Notes: generated by a model not told the origin, from the letters alone. A stretch of 10,000 nucleotides of DNA from Bdellovibrionales bacterium (GCA_031426555.1 JANPLN010000060.1:1-10000); one strand, 5' to 3'; positions 1-7,957 are shown, numbered from the stretch's first letter. Numbers and translations are program-made.

Positions 1-1389
1 AAAAAAGACATGGAGCGGGCAGATCAAGAATTAAAAAATGCCAATGTGGCCATGGACCGCCAGCAACAGGATTTAGACCGCGTGAATTTTAAGCTTTCCG
101 AAAAGCGCGAAGAGCTGGATCGTTTTCAAATTCAATTATCAGACCTTCGCGAAAAGAAAATCACTTTGGAGCACGAGTCCGACGAGCTTTCGCAAAAGTT
201 AAGCACCGCTAAAGCTGATGTGCATTCCCTGCAGTCCGAAGTGACCCGGTTGCAAGTGGACGACGCCAAGACCACCCAGGAAAAAGAGGGTGTTCAGCGC
301 GAATACAATATGCTGAAGATTTCCTTGGACGACGTGGAAGAGCGCCTCAGCCGCATGAGCGAAGAGACTGTCAAGAGCAGCGAATTTGTCAGCCAAAATC
401 AGATGCTTCTCGAAGAACGAAAAATCGAGATGGAAGTGATGATTCGCAAAGCGCAAGAAGAAGAAGAAATGGTCGCCGACGTTCGAAACTCCTTTGAGGA
501 AAAAGCGGCAGAGCTGGATAAATATCAAGACGACTACTCGACCTATTTGACCAATAAGAGCCAATTTCAGGCCACCATGAACGAAGCGCAGTTGCAACTG
601 GAGCAAGCGCGAATGAAGGAAACCAACCTGGTCGAGCACATGCGTGAGCGCTACCAAGTGGAGCTCTCCGAAGTTTATACGGAACACATGAACAAAGAGT
701 TTTCCTACGAGAAACCGCAGGATGAGCTTAAAGATCTTAAAGATAAAATTCATAAGATCGGCGAAGTGAATCTTTCGGCCATCGAAGAGTACGACGAAAT
801 TTCGGGCCGTTATGCTTTCCTAAGCAAACAGTACGAAGATTTGATCGAAGCCAAAGAGCAGCTTAAAAAAGTGATCGACCGTATTAATAGAATTTGCTCT
901 CGACGTTTCAAAGAAACCTACGAAGCCGTGAACGAGCGCTTCCAAAAAGTATTCCCGGTATTATTTGGTGGGGGCGAAGCGCGCTTAATCCTTATCGAAG
1001 ATCCTGAAAAAGGCGAGATGGGCTTAGACATCGTTTCTCGTCCTCCGGGCAAAAAACTGCAAAGTGTTTCGTTGCTCTCTGGGGGCGAAAAGGCTCTCAC
1101 AGCTGTGTCGTTGATTTTCTCCATCTTCTTGGTGAAGCCGTCTCCGTACTGCTTACTGGATGAGGTGGATGCACCGCTGGATGACGCCAACGTCATGCGC
1201 TTTAACGAGCTCGTCCGCGAAATGGCAAAACGCAGTCAGATCATTGTTGTGACTCACAATAAGTACACCATGGAAATCGCCGAAAAACTTTACGGCGTCA
1301 CCATGGAAGAAAAAGGTGTTTCCAAAATGGTCTCCGTGGATTTGAATTCCAACCCGGACTTCGCTGCCCAACTCACAGCCGCCACATAA
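1..1389 (+). CDS. smc: Chromosome segregation protein SMC, C-terminal coiled coil and ATPase head (5' truncated)
   Basis: Frame is open from base 1 (AAA AAA GAC ATG...) to TAA at 1387-1389. A long heptad-rich coiled coil is followed by IGEVNLSAIEEY, PPGKK, the ABC signature LSGGEK, Walker B/D-loop LLDEVDAPLD and QIIVVTHN, all canonical for bacterial SMC. Confidence 0.97.
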   Translation, partial: KKDMERADQELKNANVAMDRQQQDLDRVNFKLSEKREELDRFQIQLSDLREKKITLEHESDELSQKLSTAKADVHSLQSEVTRLQVDDAKTTQEKEGVQREYNMLKISLDDVEERLSRMSEETVKSSEFVSQNQMLLEERKIEMEVMIRKAQEEEEMVADVRNSFEEKAAELDKYQDDYSTYLTNKSQFQATMNEAQLQLEQARMKETNLVEHMRERYQVELSEVYTEHMNKEFSYEKPQDELKDLKDKIHKIGEVNLSAIEEYDEISGRYAFLSKQYEDLIEAKEQLKKVIDRINRICSRRFKETYEAVNERFQKVFPVLFGGGEARLILIEDPEKGEMGLDIVSRPPGKKLQSVSLLSGGEKALTAVSLIFSIFLVKPSPYCLLDEVDAPLDDANVMRFNELVREMAKRSQIIVVTHNKYTMEIAEKLYGVTMEEKGVSKMVSVDLNSNPDFAAQLTAAT

Positions 1390-1429
1390 AGGCGGCCGTC
1401 ATCCTGAGCGCAGCGAAGAACCTGGCACC
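1390..1429. repeat. Left copy of 15-bp direct repeat AGGCGGCC/TGGCACC, interrupted by 25 bp
   Basis: 1390-1397 AGGCGGCC plus 1423-1429 TGGCACC together match 1954-1968 exactly. Confidence 0.65.
1397..1423 (+). repeat. CGTC-tagged REP-like element, single copy (CGTCATCCTGAGCGCAGCGAAGAACCT)
   Basis: Resembles, from recall, the widespread intergenic repeat GTCATCCTGAGCG(C/A)AGCGAAGGATCT. It lies in the 42-bp gap between two convergent stop codons. Only one copy is present in the window. Confidence 0.65.
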
Positions 1430-1431
1430 TT

Positions 1432-1818
1432 TTACATAGGTGTTTCAAGAACCATAAGGCTCTGGGCACAGGTGAGGTCTAAAGTGCCGAGTGTGGCTTT
1501 GAAAACCTTGATGTAGTCTTGAACTTCCACTGTTTCTCCCATCGTTAAATTGATGTCTTTAAAAGGAACGGGAGCATTGTATTCTCCGATGTCACCATCG
1601 TAGACGTAGGCCACGCTGGTTCTGAAATCTTGGCTGTAAATGACGGCGAGTTCTCCCTTCGAGTCCACGCACGCCTCAACGTTGAGGATGTAGTCTGTGG
1701 TTATCGAATTAAGAACTTCGGAGGCTTTCGTTAAAAGCTGCATTCCATCCACCGAGGTCTCCGCACGGGCCAAAACAGAGCTGAGACTTACGAGAACTAC
1801 CATTAAAAAACGCGTCAT
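1432..1818 (-). CDS. Hypothetical secreted protein (128 aa, Sec signal peptide)
   Basis: Start reassigned from 1875 to the ATG at 1818, which is preceded by a strong SD (AAAGGAGATAAT-ATG). The N-terminus MTRFLMVVLVSLSSVLARA-E has a basic n-region, hydrophobic core and A-x-A site. The mature part is acidic with two Cys. No family recognised. Confidence 0.8.
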   Translation of the reverse strand: MTRFLMVVLVSLSSVLARAETSVDGMQLLTKASEVLNSITTDYILNVEACVDSKGELAVIYSQDFRTSVAYVYDGDIGEYNAPVPFKDINLTMGETVEVQDYIKVFKATLGTLDLTCAQSLMVLETPM

Positions 1819-1953
1819 ATTATCTCCTTTGATAAGTTGCGATAGGAGTAGCCTAAAGCTCTTCAGAACGCACAAGGGAAATCTATCACAGAAATTATTA
1901 CCGAGTCCTTTGTGGGAATTGTGTTTTAATGGTGTAAAATCCGCTGGTCGCGG

Positions 1954-1968
1954 AGGCGGCCTGGCACC
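1954..1968. repeat. Right, uninterrupted copy of 15-bp direct repeat AGGCGGCCTGGCACC
   Basis: Read directly from the sequence. It sits 2 nt beyond the pdeM stop codon. Confidence 0.65.
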
Positions 1969-1970
1969 GA

Positions 1971-2615
1971 TCAGACGTCGATCACCTTATCGGGCAGGCA
2001 GGCGTAGCGACGCCTTCCGACTTTGCGGACAAAGGTATGGCCGGCGGCGAGGCTTGAGAATGCTGGTAGGATTCCAATACGGCTTTCGACAATAAATGTT
2101 GGCAATCGAATACTTTCGCCCCCGCCGTCGAGGACCACTCGTGGATGAAGATGGCCACACCAGTAAAACACATCTTTTAGCTTTTTACTCGGCGGCTCGT
2201 GGGTGAAAATAAATTGGTCAAAACGAAAATCGTCCTGCATAGAGTTGTCGGTAAAATACGAATTCCAAATTTTAGCAAGATGGCGATCGTGATTTCCGCC
2301 AACGGGATAAAGGCGGGCGCCGCTGTTTTCTTGCAATTGAATGATTCTTGCAAAAACGTCTTGCACCGCTCCTGTTTTGGAATGAATGAGATCTCCCAAA
2401 AAAACAATGTGCTTGGCGGAATACTTTTGCACCAAAAGTTCAAGCGTCGCCATGTCTGTTTGCTCGGTGCCCGACGGCAGCCAAAGACCCCGCTTTTGAA
2501 AGGTAGCCTCTCGGCCCAAATGCAAATCAGCCACGGCGATCAGGGATTGCGCGGGCCAAAACAGGGCTTTTTCGGGAGTTAAAATAAAATTTTCGTTGAG
2601 GATTGTAATGTTCAA
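1971..2615 (-). CDS. pdeM: Ligase-associated DNA damage response endonuclease PdeM (calcineurin-like metallophosphoesterase, MPE)
   Basis: Metallophosphoesterase motifs ADLHLG, GDLIH, GNHD, HEP and GHLHP, plus the family-typical ILPAF. The TTG start overlaps the helicase TGA (TTGA). The operon context fits. Confidence 0.92.
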   Translation of the reverse strand: MNITILNENFILTPEKALFWPAQSLIAVADLHLGREATFQKRGLWLPSGTEQTDMATLELLVQKYSAKHIVFLGDLIHSKTGAVQDVFARIIQLQENSGARLYPVGGNHDRHLAKIWNSYFTDNSMQDDFRFDQFIFTHEPPSKKLKDVFYWCGHLHPRVVLDGGGESIRLPTFIVESRIGILPAFSSLAAGHTFVRKVGRRRYACLPDKVIDV

Positions 2616-5146
2616 GGCGAGGTCTCTGACTGTTTGAGGATTCGCGAGATTCGGGTTTCCAGGGTTTCGGTGGACACGGTGGAACGCACGCGCTCCACAT
2701 ACAGTGGGAAGGCGAACGGGGATAGACGGGTTATGGATCGAAGGAGCAACTCTTGCTGCTCAAAGCGAACAAAGGCGGCGTGAAGCCGCTGGAGGTCGAG
2801 ATTCTTATTAAGCACTTCGATCTCGGACTGCTGAATCAAAATATTTTTTGGATCGTAGGACTTCAAAACATCAAAGAGCAAACTTGTGCTCACTTGCACC
2901 TGGCGGTCGGTTTTTGCACCGCTAAACTGGCGCGGTTGCACGAGTCCCGAAATGCGCGCCACTTCGCGAAACTTGCGCTTGGCGATTTCGGGATAGTTAA
3001 AGGTGAGGGCGATATCCCGTTGCAAGTTTTCAAGCCCACTGGCAAAAGCCGCCGTTAAGTGGTGTGGCGTGGGAAAGCTGTTTTTCGCAATCAGTTCGAT
3101 GCCAAAGTCGTTACACGAAACGGTAAACGTGTTCGCCTCCATTTTCGCCAGTCGATATGCCAAGAGGTGACCGATGCCTTCATTGGCGGCGCGCCCTTCG
3201 AAGGTGTAAATAAACATATGAAAGCCTTCTCGGGTTTTCAATTGCTCCACTAGAAGTTGGGTTCTTAATGGAATTGCAGATACGCTTCTTTGCAATTCAA
3301 AAACTGGTGCGATGCTCGGATCTAAAATTTGTTCTTCTAAGGCCACTTGGTGGAGCACTTCGAGCATTTCATGACTCAAAAAAGAACTCAAAGAAAGATG
3401 GGAGCCCTGCCACGCGGCCACGTGCTTTGGATCGCCTTTAGCCAGGCGAACGTTCAGCACAAGATCGCGCAGACTCACGTACTGCAAAACCCGCCCAGCA
3501 AAGGAAAAGAGATCGCCTTTTTTTAAGCGCGAAACAAAGGCCTCGTCGAGGGAACCCACATAGCCACCGGTGAGGTATTTGACGCGAATACCAACGTTAT
3601 CCACGATGGTTCCCATATTTAAAAGATGGCGGCGCTGTTGACTGCGCTCGATAAACTGAATTTTTCCATCCACTTTGTGGAGCTTTAAAAAATGTGGATA
3701 GGCCACAAGGGCTGGGCTGCCGCGAAGTAAAAAGTGAATATAGCTTTCGAATTGCGAAGGAGTGATGTCGCGAAACGCCACTGTGGATTGGATTTCTTTA
3801 AAAATCTGGTCGGCATCAAACCCGTCGCGAAGGGCGCGCGTTTGTAGGTACTGCAAAAGCACATCCACCGGGAATTCGGGACTGCTGATGTTTTCCACTC
3901 GTCCGATTTTGAGCAGCGTATTTAAAGCCTGGCATTCAACAAAATCAAAAATAGACGTGGGCACGATTGTGAGATGGGATTCTAGCTCTGGCTTGTGAAA
4001 GCCTCGCCCCGCGCGCTGAATGGTGCGCGCCACTGATTTTGGGGAACCAATCTGAAAAATATGTTCAATTTCGGGAAAGTCCACTCCCAGTTCTAAGGAT
4101 GACGTGGCCACAAGCAAATCCACAGTTCCATTCTTGAGGGCTGTCTCCACACGATGGCGCTCTTCGCGATCCAGGGAACCGTGATGAAGTTCGATGGAAA
4201 TATCAAGAGTGCTAGAGGCCTCGCGAAGTCTACGAAACCAGGCCTCCGCCTGGGCCCGTGTATTGGCAAAAAGAATCTGCGAAGCATTCAGGTTGAGCCT
4301 GGATAAAATCTGCTCGATAAAATAGGTGCCCATGAAACCAAAAAAAGCCAATCGGTTCGCGGTGTGATTGGGTAAAATATCGATATGCACTTTTCGTTTG
4401 TGAAGAGCTGAAATGTTGGCAAACTTGGCCGCAGGATCCACACGGCGGGCCAGGTCTGCACCATTGGCAACGGTGGCCGACACCACAATGTTTCGAAATT
4501 TTGCGAAGGTTCGCAAGTGTGCGAGATCCAGTTCCAACAGCGAGCCGCGCTTTGACGAAAAAATCTCGTGGGCTTCATCTACAATCAAAGTTTTTAAATT
4601 TTTAAAGAAGAAATCTTTTTCCTGGTTTGCCATGAGCAGGGCAAAAGACTCTGGTGTGGTTACTAAAACCTGGCCCAAAGATTTTTTGCTTTTGGTGTTG
4701 ATTTTCGAATCCCCCGTATGAACGTCGATCTGTACGGGAATGCGCAACGTATTTGATACGTTTTGCAACGCCCGCTGAATATCACGCACCAGGGATCGGA
4801 GAGGGGAAAGATAAAGTAGACGATAGCCGCCAGACTGTTTTGCTTCCGTTAAAATTTCCACAAGCGGCGCCATGTAGGCAGCATAGGTTTTACCACTCCC
4901 GGTGGGAACATTGATCAGCAGATGGTGACCTTTGTCGTAGGATTTCCAGGCGGTTTTTTGAAACTCCAAGGGTTCCCAGGAATTTTTATTAAAAAACTGC
5001 GATACCAGACTTTCGGCTTCGGTTTTACCAAGCGGCAAAGCGTAATCGCTGACGATAGGTTTTACGGACGCCGCGGTCTCACTCTTCAATTTCTCTCGAC
5101 GAATTTTATTGATTTGCCCGCTAATTCTTGATTTGGGGAAATTCAT
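2612..5146 (-). CDS. Ligase-associated DNA damage response DEXH-box helicase (Lhr-core family, SF2)
   Basis: Q motif (PLEFQ), Walker A PTGSGKT, YLSPLRSL, TTPES, DEAH, SAT, HHGSL, ATSSLELGVD and QRAGR. The C-terminus is Lhr-type (FEGRAAN, KFREVARISGLV, SPFAFPL). The ATG overlaps the ligase TGA (ATGA) and has a GGAG SD. Confidence 0.94.
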   Translation of the reverse strand: MNFPKSRISGQINKIRREKLKSETAASVKPIVSDYALPLGKTEAESLVSQFFNKNSWEPLEFQKTAWKSYDKGHHLLINVPTGSGKTYAAYMAPLVEILTEAKQSGGYRLLYLSPLRSLVRDIQRALQNVSNTLRIPVQIDVHTGDSKINTKSKKSLGQVLVTTPESFALLMANQEKDFFFKNLKTLIVDEAHEIFSSKRGSLLELDLAHLRTFAKFRNIVVSATVANGADLARRVDPAAKFANISALHKRKVHIDILPNHTANRLAFFGFMGTYFIEQILSRLNLNASQILFANTRAQAEAWFRRLREASSTLDISIELHHGSLDREERHRVETALKNGTVDLLVATSSLELGVDFPEIEHIFQIGSPKSVARTIQRAGRGFHKPELESHLTIVPTSIFDFVECQALNTLLKIGRVENISSPEFPVDVLLQYLQTRALRDGFDADQIFKEIQSTVAFRDITPSQFESYIHFLLRGSPALVAYPHFLKLHKVDGKIQFIERSQQRRHLLNMGTIVDNVGIRVKYLTGGYVGSLDEAFVSRLKKGDLFSFAGRVLQYVSLRDLVLNVRLAKGDPKHVAAWQGSHLSLSSFLSHEMLEVLHQVALEEQILDPSIAPVFELQRSVSAIPLRTQLLVEQLKTREGFHMFIYTFEGRAANEGIGHLLAYRLAKMEANTFTVSCNDFGIELIAKNSFPTPHHLTAAFASGLENLQRDIALTFNYPEIAKRKFREVARISGLVQPRQFSGAKTDRQVQVSTSLLFDVLKSYDPKNILIQQSEIEVLNKNLDLQRLHAAFVRFEQQELLLRSITRLSPFAFPLYVERVRSTVSTETLETRISRILKQSETSP

Positions 5147-6777
5147 GTCTCTCTCCGCGAAACAATTTCCAAAAGGGCTGCCATGTCGTCAACGGTATTA
5201 GCGCCCTCGGCGTCTTTGTCGAGCCGTTCCCGCAAAATTCGCGGAAAGCGAAGGGCATAACCTGATTTATGCCGCCGACTTTCGTTAACGCCCTCGAATC
5301 CGATTTCAAAAACCTTTTCAGGCTTCAATGCTCGTACAGGCCCAAATCGCTCCAAGGTGTTGCGGCGAATCCAAGTGTCCAACTCGCGAATCTCCGCATC
5401 ATTCAACCCTGAGTAGGCTTTGGCAATGGGGACCAATGTTTTGTCCTTCCAAATCGAAAACGTGTAATCGGTGTAAAGTGACGCCCGTTTTCCCGTGCCC
5501 GGCTGTGCCGCCGTCAAAATGGCATCCACCGTGAGGGGATCTAACTTCCACTTAAACCAGATCCCGCGCTTTCGGCCGCCCACGTAGAGTGACGAAAGAT
5601 GTTTCAACATAAATCCCTCGGCACCTTTTAGACGGGCCGCTTCCCGCTGCTTTGCCAAAAGCTCCCAGCTTTCGTCTTGCACACTTTGCGAAATACCAAA
5701 CATTCCTGCCGGGAGCATTTTAACAGCATCGGCGAGTTTGCTTCGGCGCTCGCTTAACGGCGTGTCCCGTAAATCATGCGAAGGATCCACCAGCAAATCG
5801 TAGGCGATAAAACTCACTTTGTTGTCGGCCAAAAACTTTGCAGAAGGACTTTTTTTATTCAGCCGCAGTTGCAGCTCGTGAAACGGCGAGGGAAGTTTCC
5901 AATCGCCTGCAACGATTTCCCCGTCGAGCACTCCTTCGAAGTCGGAAGCCGCGATGTTCTCTACCAGGTCGGGAAAGGTCTGTGTGATGCGGTCCTCGCC
6001 GCGGGACCAGATTTCAACCTGCTGGCCGCGTTTGTGAATTTGCGCGCGGATGCCGTCCCATTTCCACTCCACAAGCCACTCGTCCACGGGGCCGAGGGAT
6101 TCTGCCGTCTCAACTAAGGAGCTCGCTAAACAAAACGGCAAGGGAATCAGAGCGCGCGTGGGATCAGACTCATCGCCTGTGGCTGGTGCTGCGAGGCTTT
6201 CGAAAAACACGGTGGACGGTTCCCAAACCCCCATCAGGCGCGTGGACAAGATAGATCTTTCCACATCCAAAGCTTCAGCTAACGCTTTTAAAACCAGGAG
6301 CTCTGACACTCCAATTCGCATGGCGCCAGTGAGTAGTTTATTAAGCACAAAAACCTGTTGCTGCGAAAAAGTTCTCCACCAGCTCTCCACCAGCGGCGCC
6401 AGTGTTTCCTCCGGCATTTTTGCAAGTGGTGGAATCTTTTGCTCCATCCATTCCACAAGCGTGTAATCCGCGGCGATTTGATTGTCAGTGTTAGCAAGGA
6501 GAGATTCGGCAATGAGCGAAATCATTTCTGCAGTGTCGCCCACAGCCGAGTAGCACTCTTGCATCAGCCAAGGAGGCACGTCTGAAATGGCGTCGAGAAT
6601 TTTGCGCAAGCGGGCCGACGTTAAAATGCGTTTTTTTTGTTTGCCCATTAAAATAAAAATGGCCCAAGCATTGGTTAAAGCGTCGTGGCTTTTAAAATAA
6701 TCCACCATCAGTTGCACTTTGTCGTTGGTGGAATTGGTTTGATCGATCTGCGAGATCAGCTTGGCAAAATCCCTCAT
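5143..6777 (-). CDS. ATP-dependent DNA ligase (ligase-associated DNA damage response cluster type)
   Basis: Motif I EWKWDGIR (adenylated Lys), III LDGE, IIIa IAYDLL, IV EGFMLK, V WFKWK and VI LRFPR. It has an N-terminal DNA-binding domain (VGDTAE, LLTGAMRIGVS) and an ATGA overlap with the upstream exonuclease. Confidence 0.96.
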   Translation of the reverse strand: MRDFAKLISQIDQTNSTNDKVQLMVDYFKSHDALTNAWAIFILMGKQKKRILTSARLRKILDAISDVPPWLMQECYSAVGDTAEMISLIAESLLANTDNQIAADYTLVEWMEQKIPPLAKMPEETLAPLVESWWRTFSQQQVFVLNKLLTGAMRIGVSELLVLKALAEALDVERSILSTRLMGVWEPSTVFFESLAAPATGDESDPTRALIPLPFCLASSLVETAESLGPVDEWLVEWKWDGIRAQIHKRGQQVEIWSRGEDRITQTFPDLVENIAASDFEGVLDGEIVAGDWKLPSPFHELQLRLNKKSPSAKFLADNKVSFIAYDLLVDPSHDLRDTPLSERRSKLADAVKMLPAGMFGISQSVQDESWELLAKQREAARLKGAEGFMLKHLSSLYVGGRKRGIWFKWKLDPLTVDAILTAAQPGTGKRASLYTDYTFSIWKDKTLVPIAKAYSGLNDAEIRELDTWIRRNTLERFGPVRALKPEKVFEIGFEGVNESRRHKSGYALRFPRILRERLDKDAEGANTVDDMAALLEIVSRRET

Positions 6778-7778
6778 GATTCCTCGTCGCTGCCGAATTC
6801 GGTTTTGAGGGGTTGCGCATCCAAGCCGTGTTGTTCGCGCAAAAACTGCGCAAGAGTTTCCTTGTTGCCGTGGGTGACATAGACTTTCTTTGCCTCGGTC
6901 TCAAGTGCCGTGGAAACCAAACTTTTCCAATCCGCATGGTCCGAGAGCACAAAACCTCGTTCATAATTTCGTCCGCGGCGCACTCCGCGAACCGCCATCC
7001 AGCCAGAAGCAAAACCAGTTGAAACGTCTTTAAATTTTTTCATCCATGGACTGCGGTGGGCCGACGGGGGCGCGAGGACCAGTTGGCCCCTTGTGTCCCC
7101 GGTGAATTCACTCGCCGTGCGAAAGGGGACCATAGGCACATTCTGCTTTCTATAAAGCTCCGTAATACTAAAGGTGGCCCCATGCAGGAGAACTTCGTCG
7201 TTCGTAATCGACGCAAGCTCGGCAAGCACACGCTGGGCTTTGCCAAGCGAGTAGCAAAACAGAATGGAGGTGAGGTTGTTGGTTTTGTTCCACTGCCACC
7301 ACTGAAATATTTCCTGGGCAATTTCGTGGCCAGGGCGCCACGAGTAAATCGGTAAACCAAACGTGGCTTCGGTGATAAATGTTTCGCATTCCAGCGGCTC
7401 GAAGGGAACGCAGGAGGGGTCGGCATCGCGTTTGTAATCGCCAGTAAAAACCAAAACCCGTGATGGTCGTCGCGTGTCTTCGATGCGAATTTGCGAAGAC
7501 CCCAAGATATGACCAGCGGGATGAAAGGAAATCCAGTTGTTATGAAGCTTAATACGTTCGCCATATTGAAAGGTTTTAATTTTTGTTTGCGAACCCAAGC
7601 GGTGCAAAACAATGTCTTTCATGGAATCAGCGCACCAGTATTCTTTGGCGCCCGGGCGGGAGTGATCGGCGTGGGCGTGAGTTAAAAGATTGATGTCTGA
7701 ATTTCGCCAGGCATCCACCATAAAACTGCCGTCTTCGCTGCGAAGTCCGTCTTTTGTGAGTGTGAGAAGTTCTTTCAT
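6774..7778 (-). CDS. Ligase-associated DNA damage response exonuclease (metallo-beta-lactamase/beta-CASP nuclease)
   Basis: MBL motif THAHADH, AGHILGS, TGDYK, TEATFGLP, YSLGKAQR, SGWM, SDHADW and VTHG. It is the first gene of the four-gene cluster. Confidence 0.94.
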   Translation of the reverse strand: MKELLTLTKDGLRSEDGSFMVDAWRNSDINLLTHAHADHSRPGAKEYWCADSMKDIVLHRLGSQTKIKTFQYGERIKLHNNWISFHPAGHILGSSQIRIEDTRRPSRVLVFTGDYKRDADPSCVPFEPLECETFITEATFGLPIYSWRPGHEIAQEIFQWWQWNKTNNLTSILFCYSLGKAQRVLAELASITNDEVLLHGATFSITELYRKQNVPMVPFRTASEFTGDTRGQLVLAPPSAHRSPWMKKFKDVSTGFASGWMAVRGVRRGRNYERGFVLSDHADWKSLVSTALETEAKKVYVTHGNKETLAQFLREQHGLDAQPLKTEFGSDEES

Positions 7779-7812
7779 AAATTATATCCAGCGTTTGAAC
7801 GTCCTGCCTGGG

Positions 7813-7841
7813 TTTATACCACTCCTTTGCCCCACTGTCTT
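7813..7841 (-). promoter_or_regulatory. Putative sigma70 promoter of the repair operon (AAGACA-N17-TATAAA with extended -10 TG)
   Basis: On the minus strand: -35-like AAGACA (7841-7836), 17-nt spacer, then TG-G-TATAAA (hexamer 7818-7813), 34 nt upstream of the exonuclease ATG. Motif match by eye only. Confidence 0.4.
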
Positions 7842-7854
7842 GCTTTTAGACAGT
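7834..7854. promoter_or_regulatory. Perfect dyad ACTGTCT-N7-AGACAGT, candidate transcription-factor operator
   Basis: 7-bp perfect inverted repeat with spacer TGCTTTT, in the divergent intergenic region. Confidence 0.5.
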
Positions 7855-7957
7855 CGTAAAACAATCTAGGGCAACAGTTTGAAAGGGGCTCTGAGAGCGA
7901 ATTTAAAGCCTTCTCACGGGCATAATTCTTCCAATACCCGTGTATAGGGGAGATTTT

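Noticed and set aside
199..1371. Antisense ORFs inside smc (199-753, 918-1196, 1153-1371)
   Set aside because: Shadow frames of a strongly conserved gene, with no recognisable motifs.
1819..1875. Longer N-terminus for the small secreted protein as given in the ORF track
   Set aside because: The strong SD and the signal peptide both point to ATG 1818.
1871..1914. Imperfect inverted repeat CACAAGGGA...TCCTTTGTG as operon terminator
   Set aside because: 26-nt loop, one mismatch and no U-tract on the minus strand.
1697..2582. Plus-strand ORFs 1697-2095 and 2199-2582, and short alternative-frame ORFs in pdeM
   Set aside because: They overlap better-supported genes and have no protein-family features.
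2753..7685. Many 60-190 aa alternative-frame ORFs within the helicase, ligase and exonuclease genes, including 7040-7612
   Set aside because: Fully nested in well-supported genes with no motifs, and the host genes show no frameshift.
1..7778. SMC plus nucleases and helicase as a Wadjet- or Lamassu-like defence system
   Set aside because: The SMC is a canonical housekeeping type, convergent with and separate from the operon, which matches a known repair cluster.
7781..7786. Perfect TATAAT on the minus strand suggesting a leaderless exonuclease mRNA
   Set aside because: Only 2 nt from the ATG, too close for a -10 element that includes the start codon.
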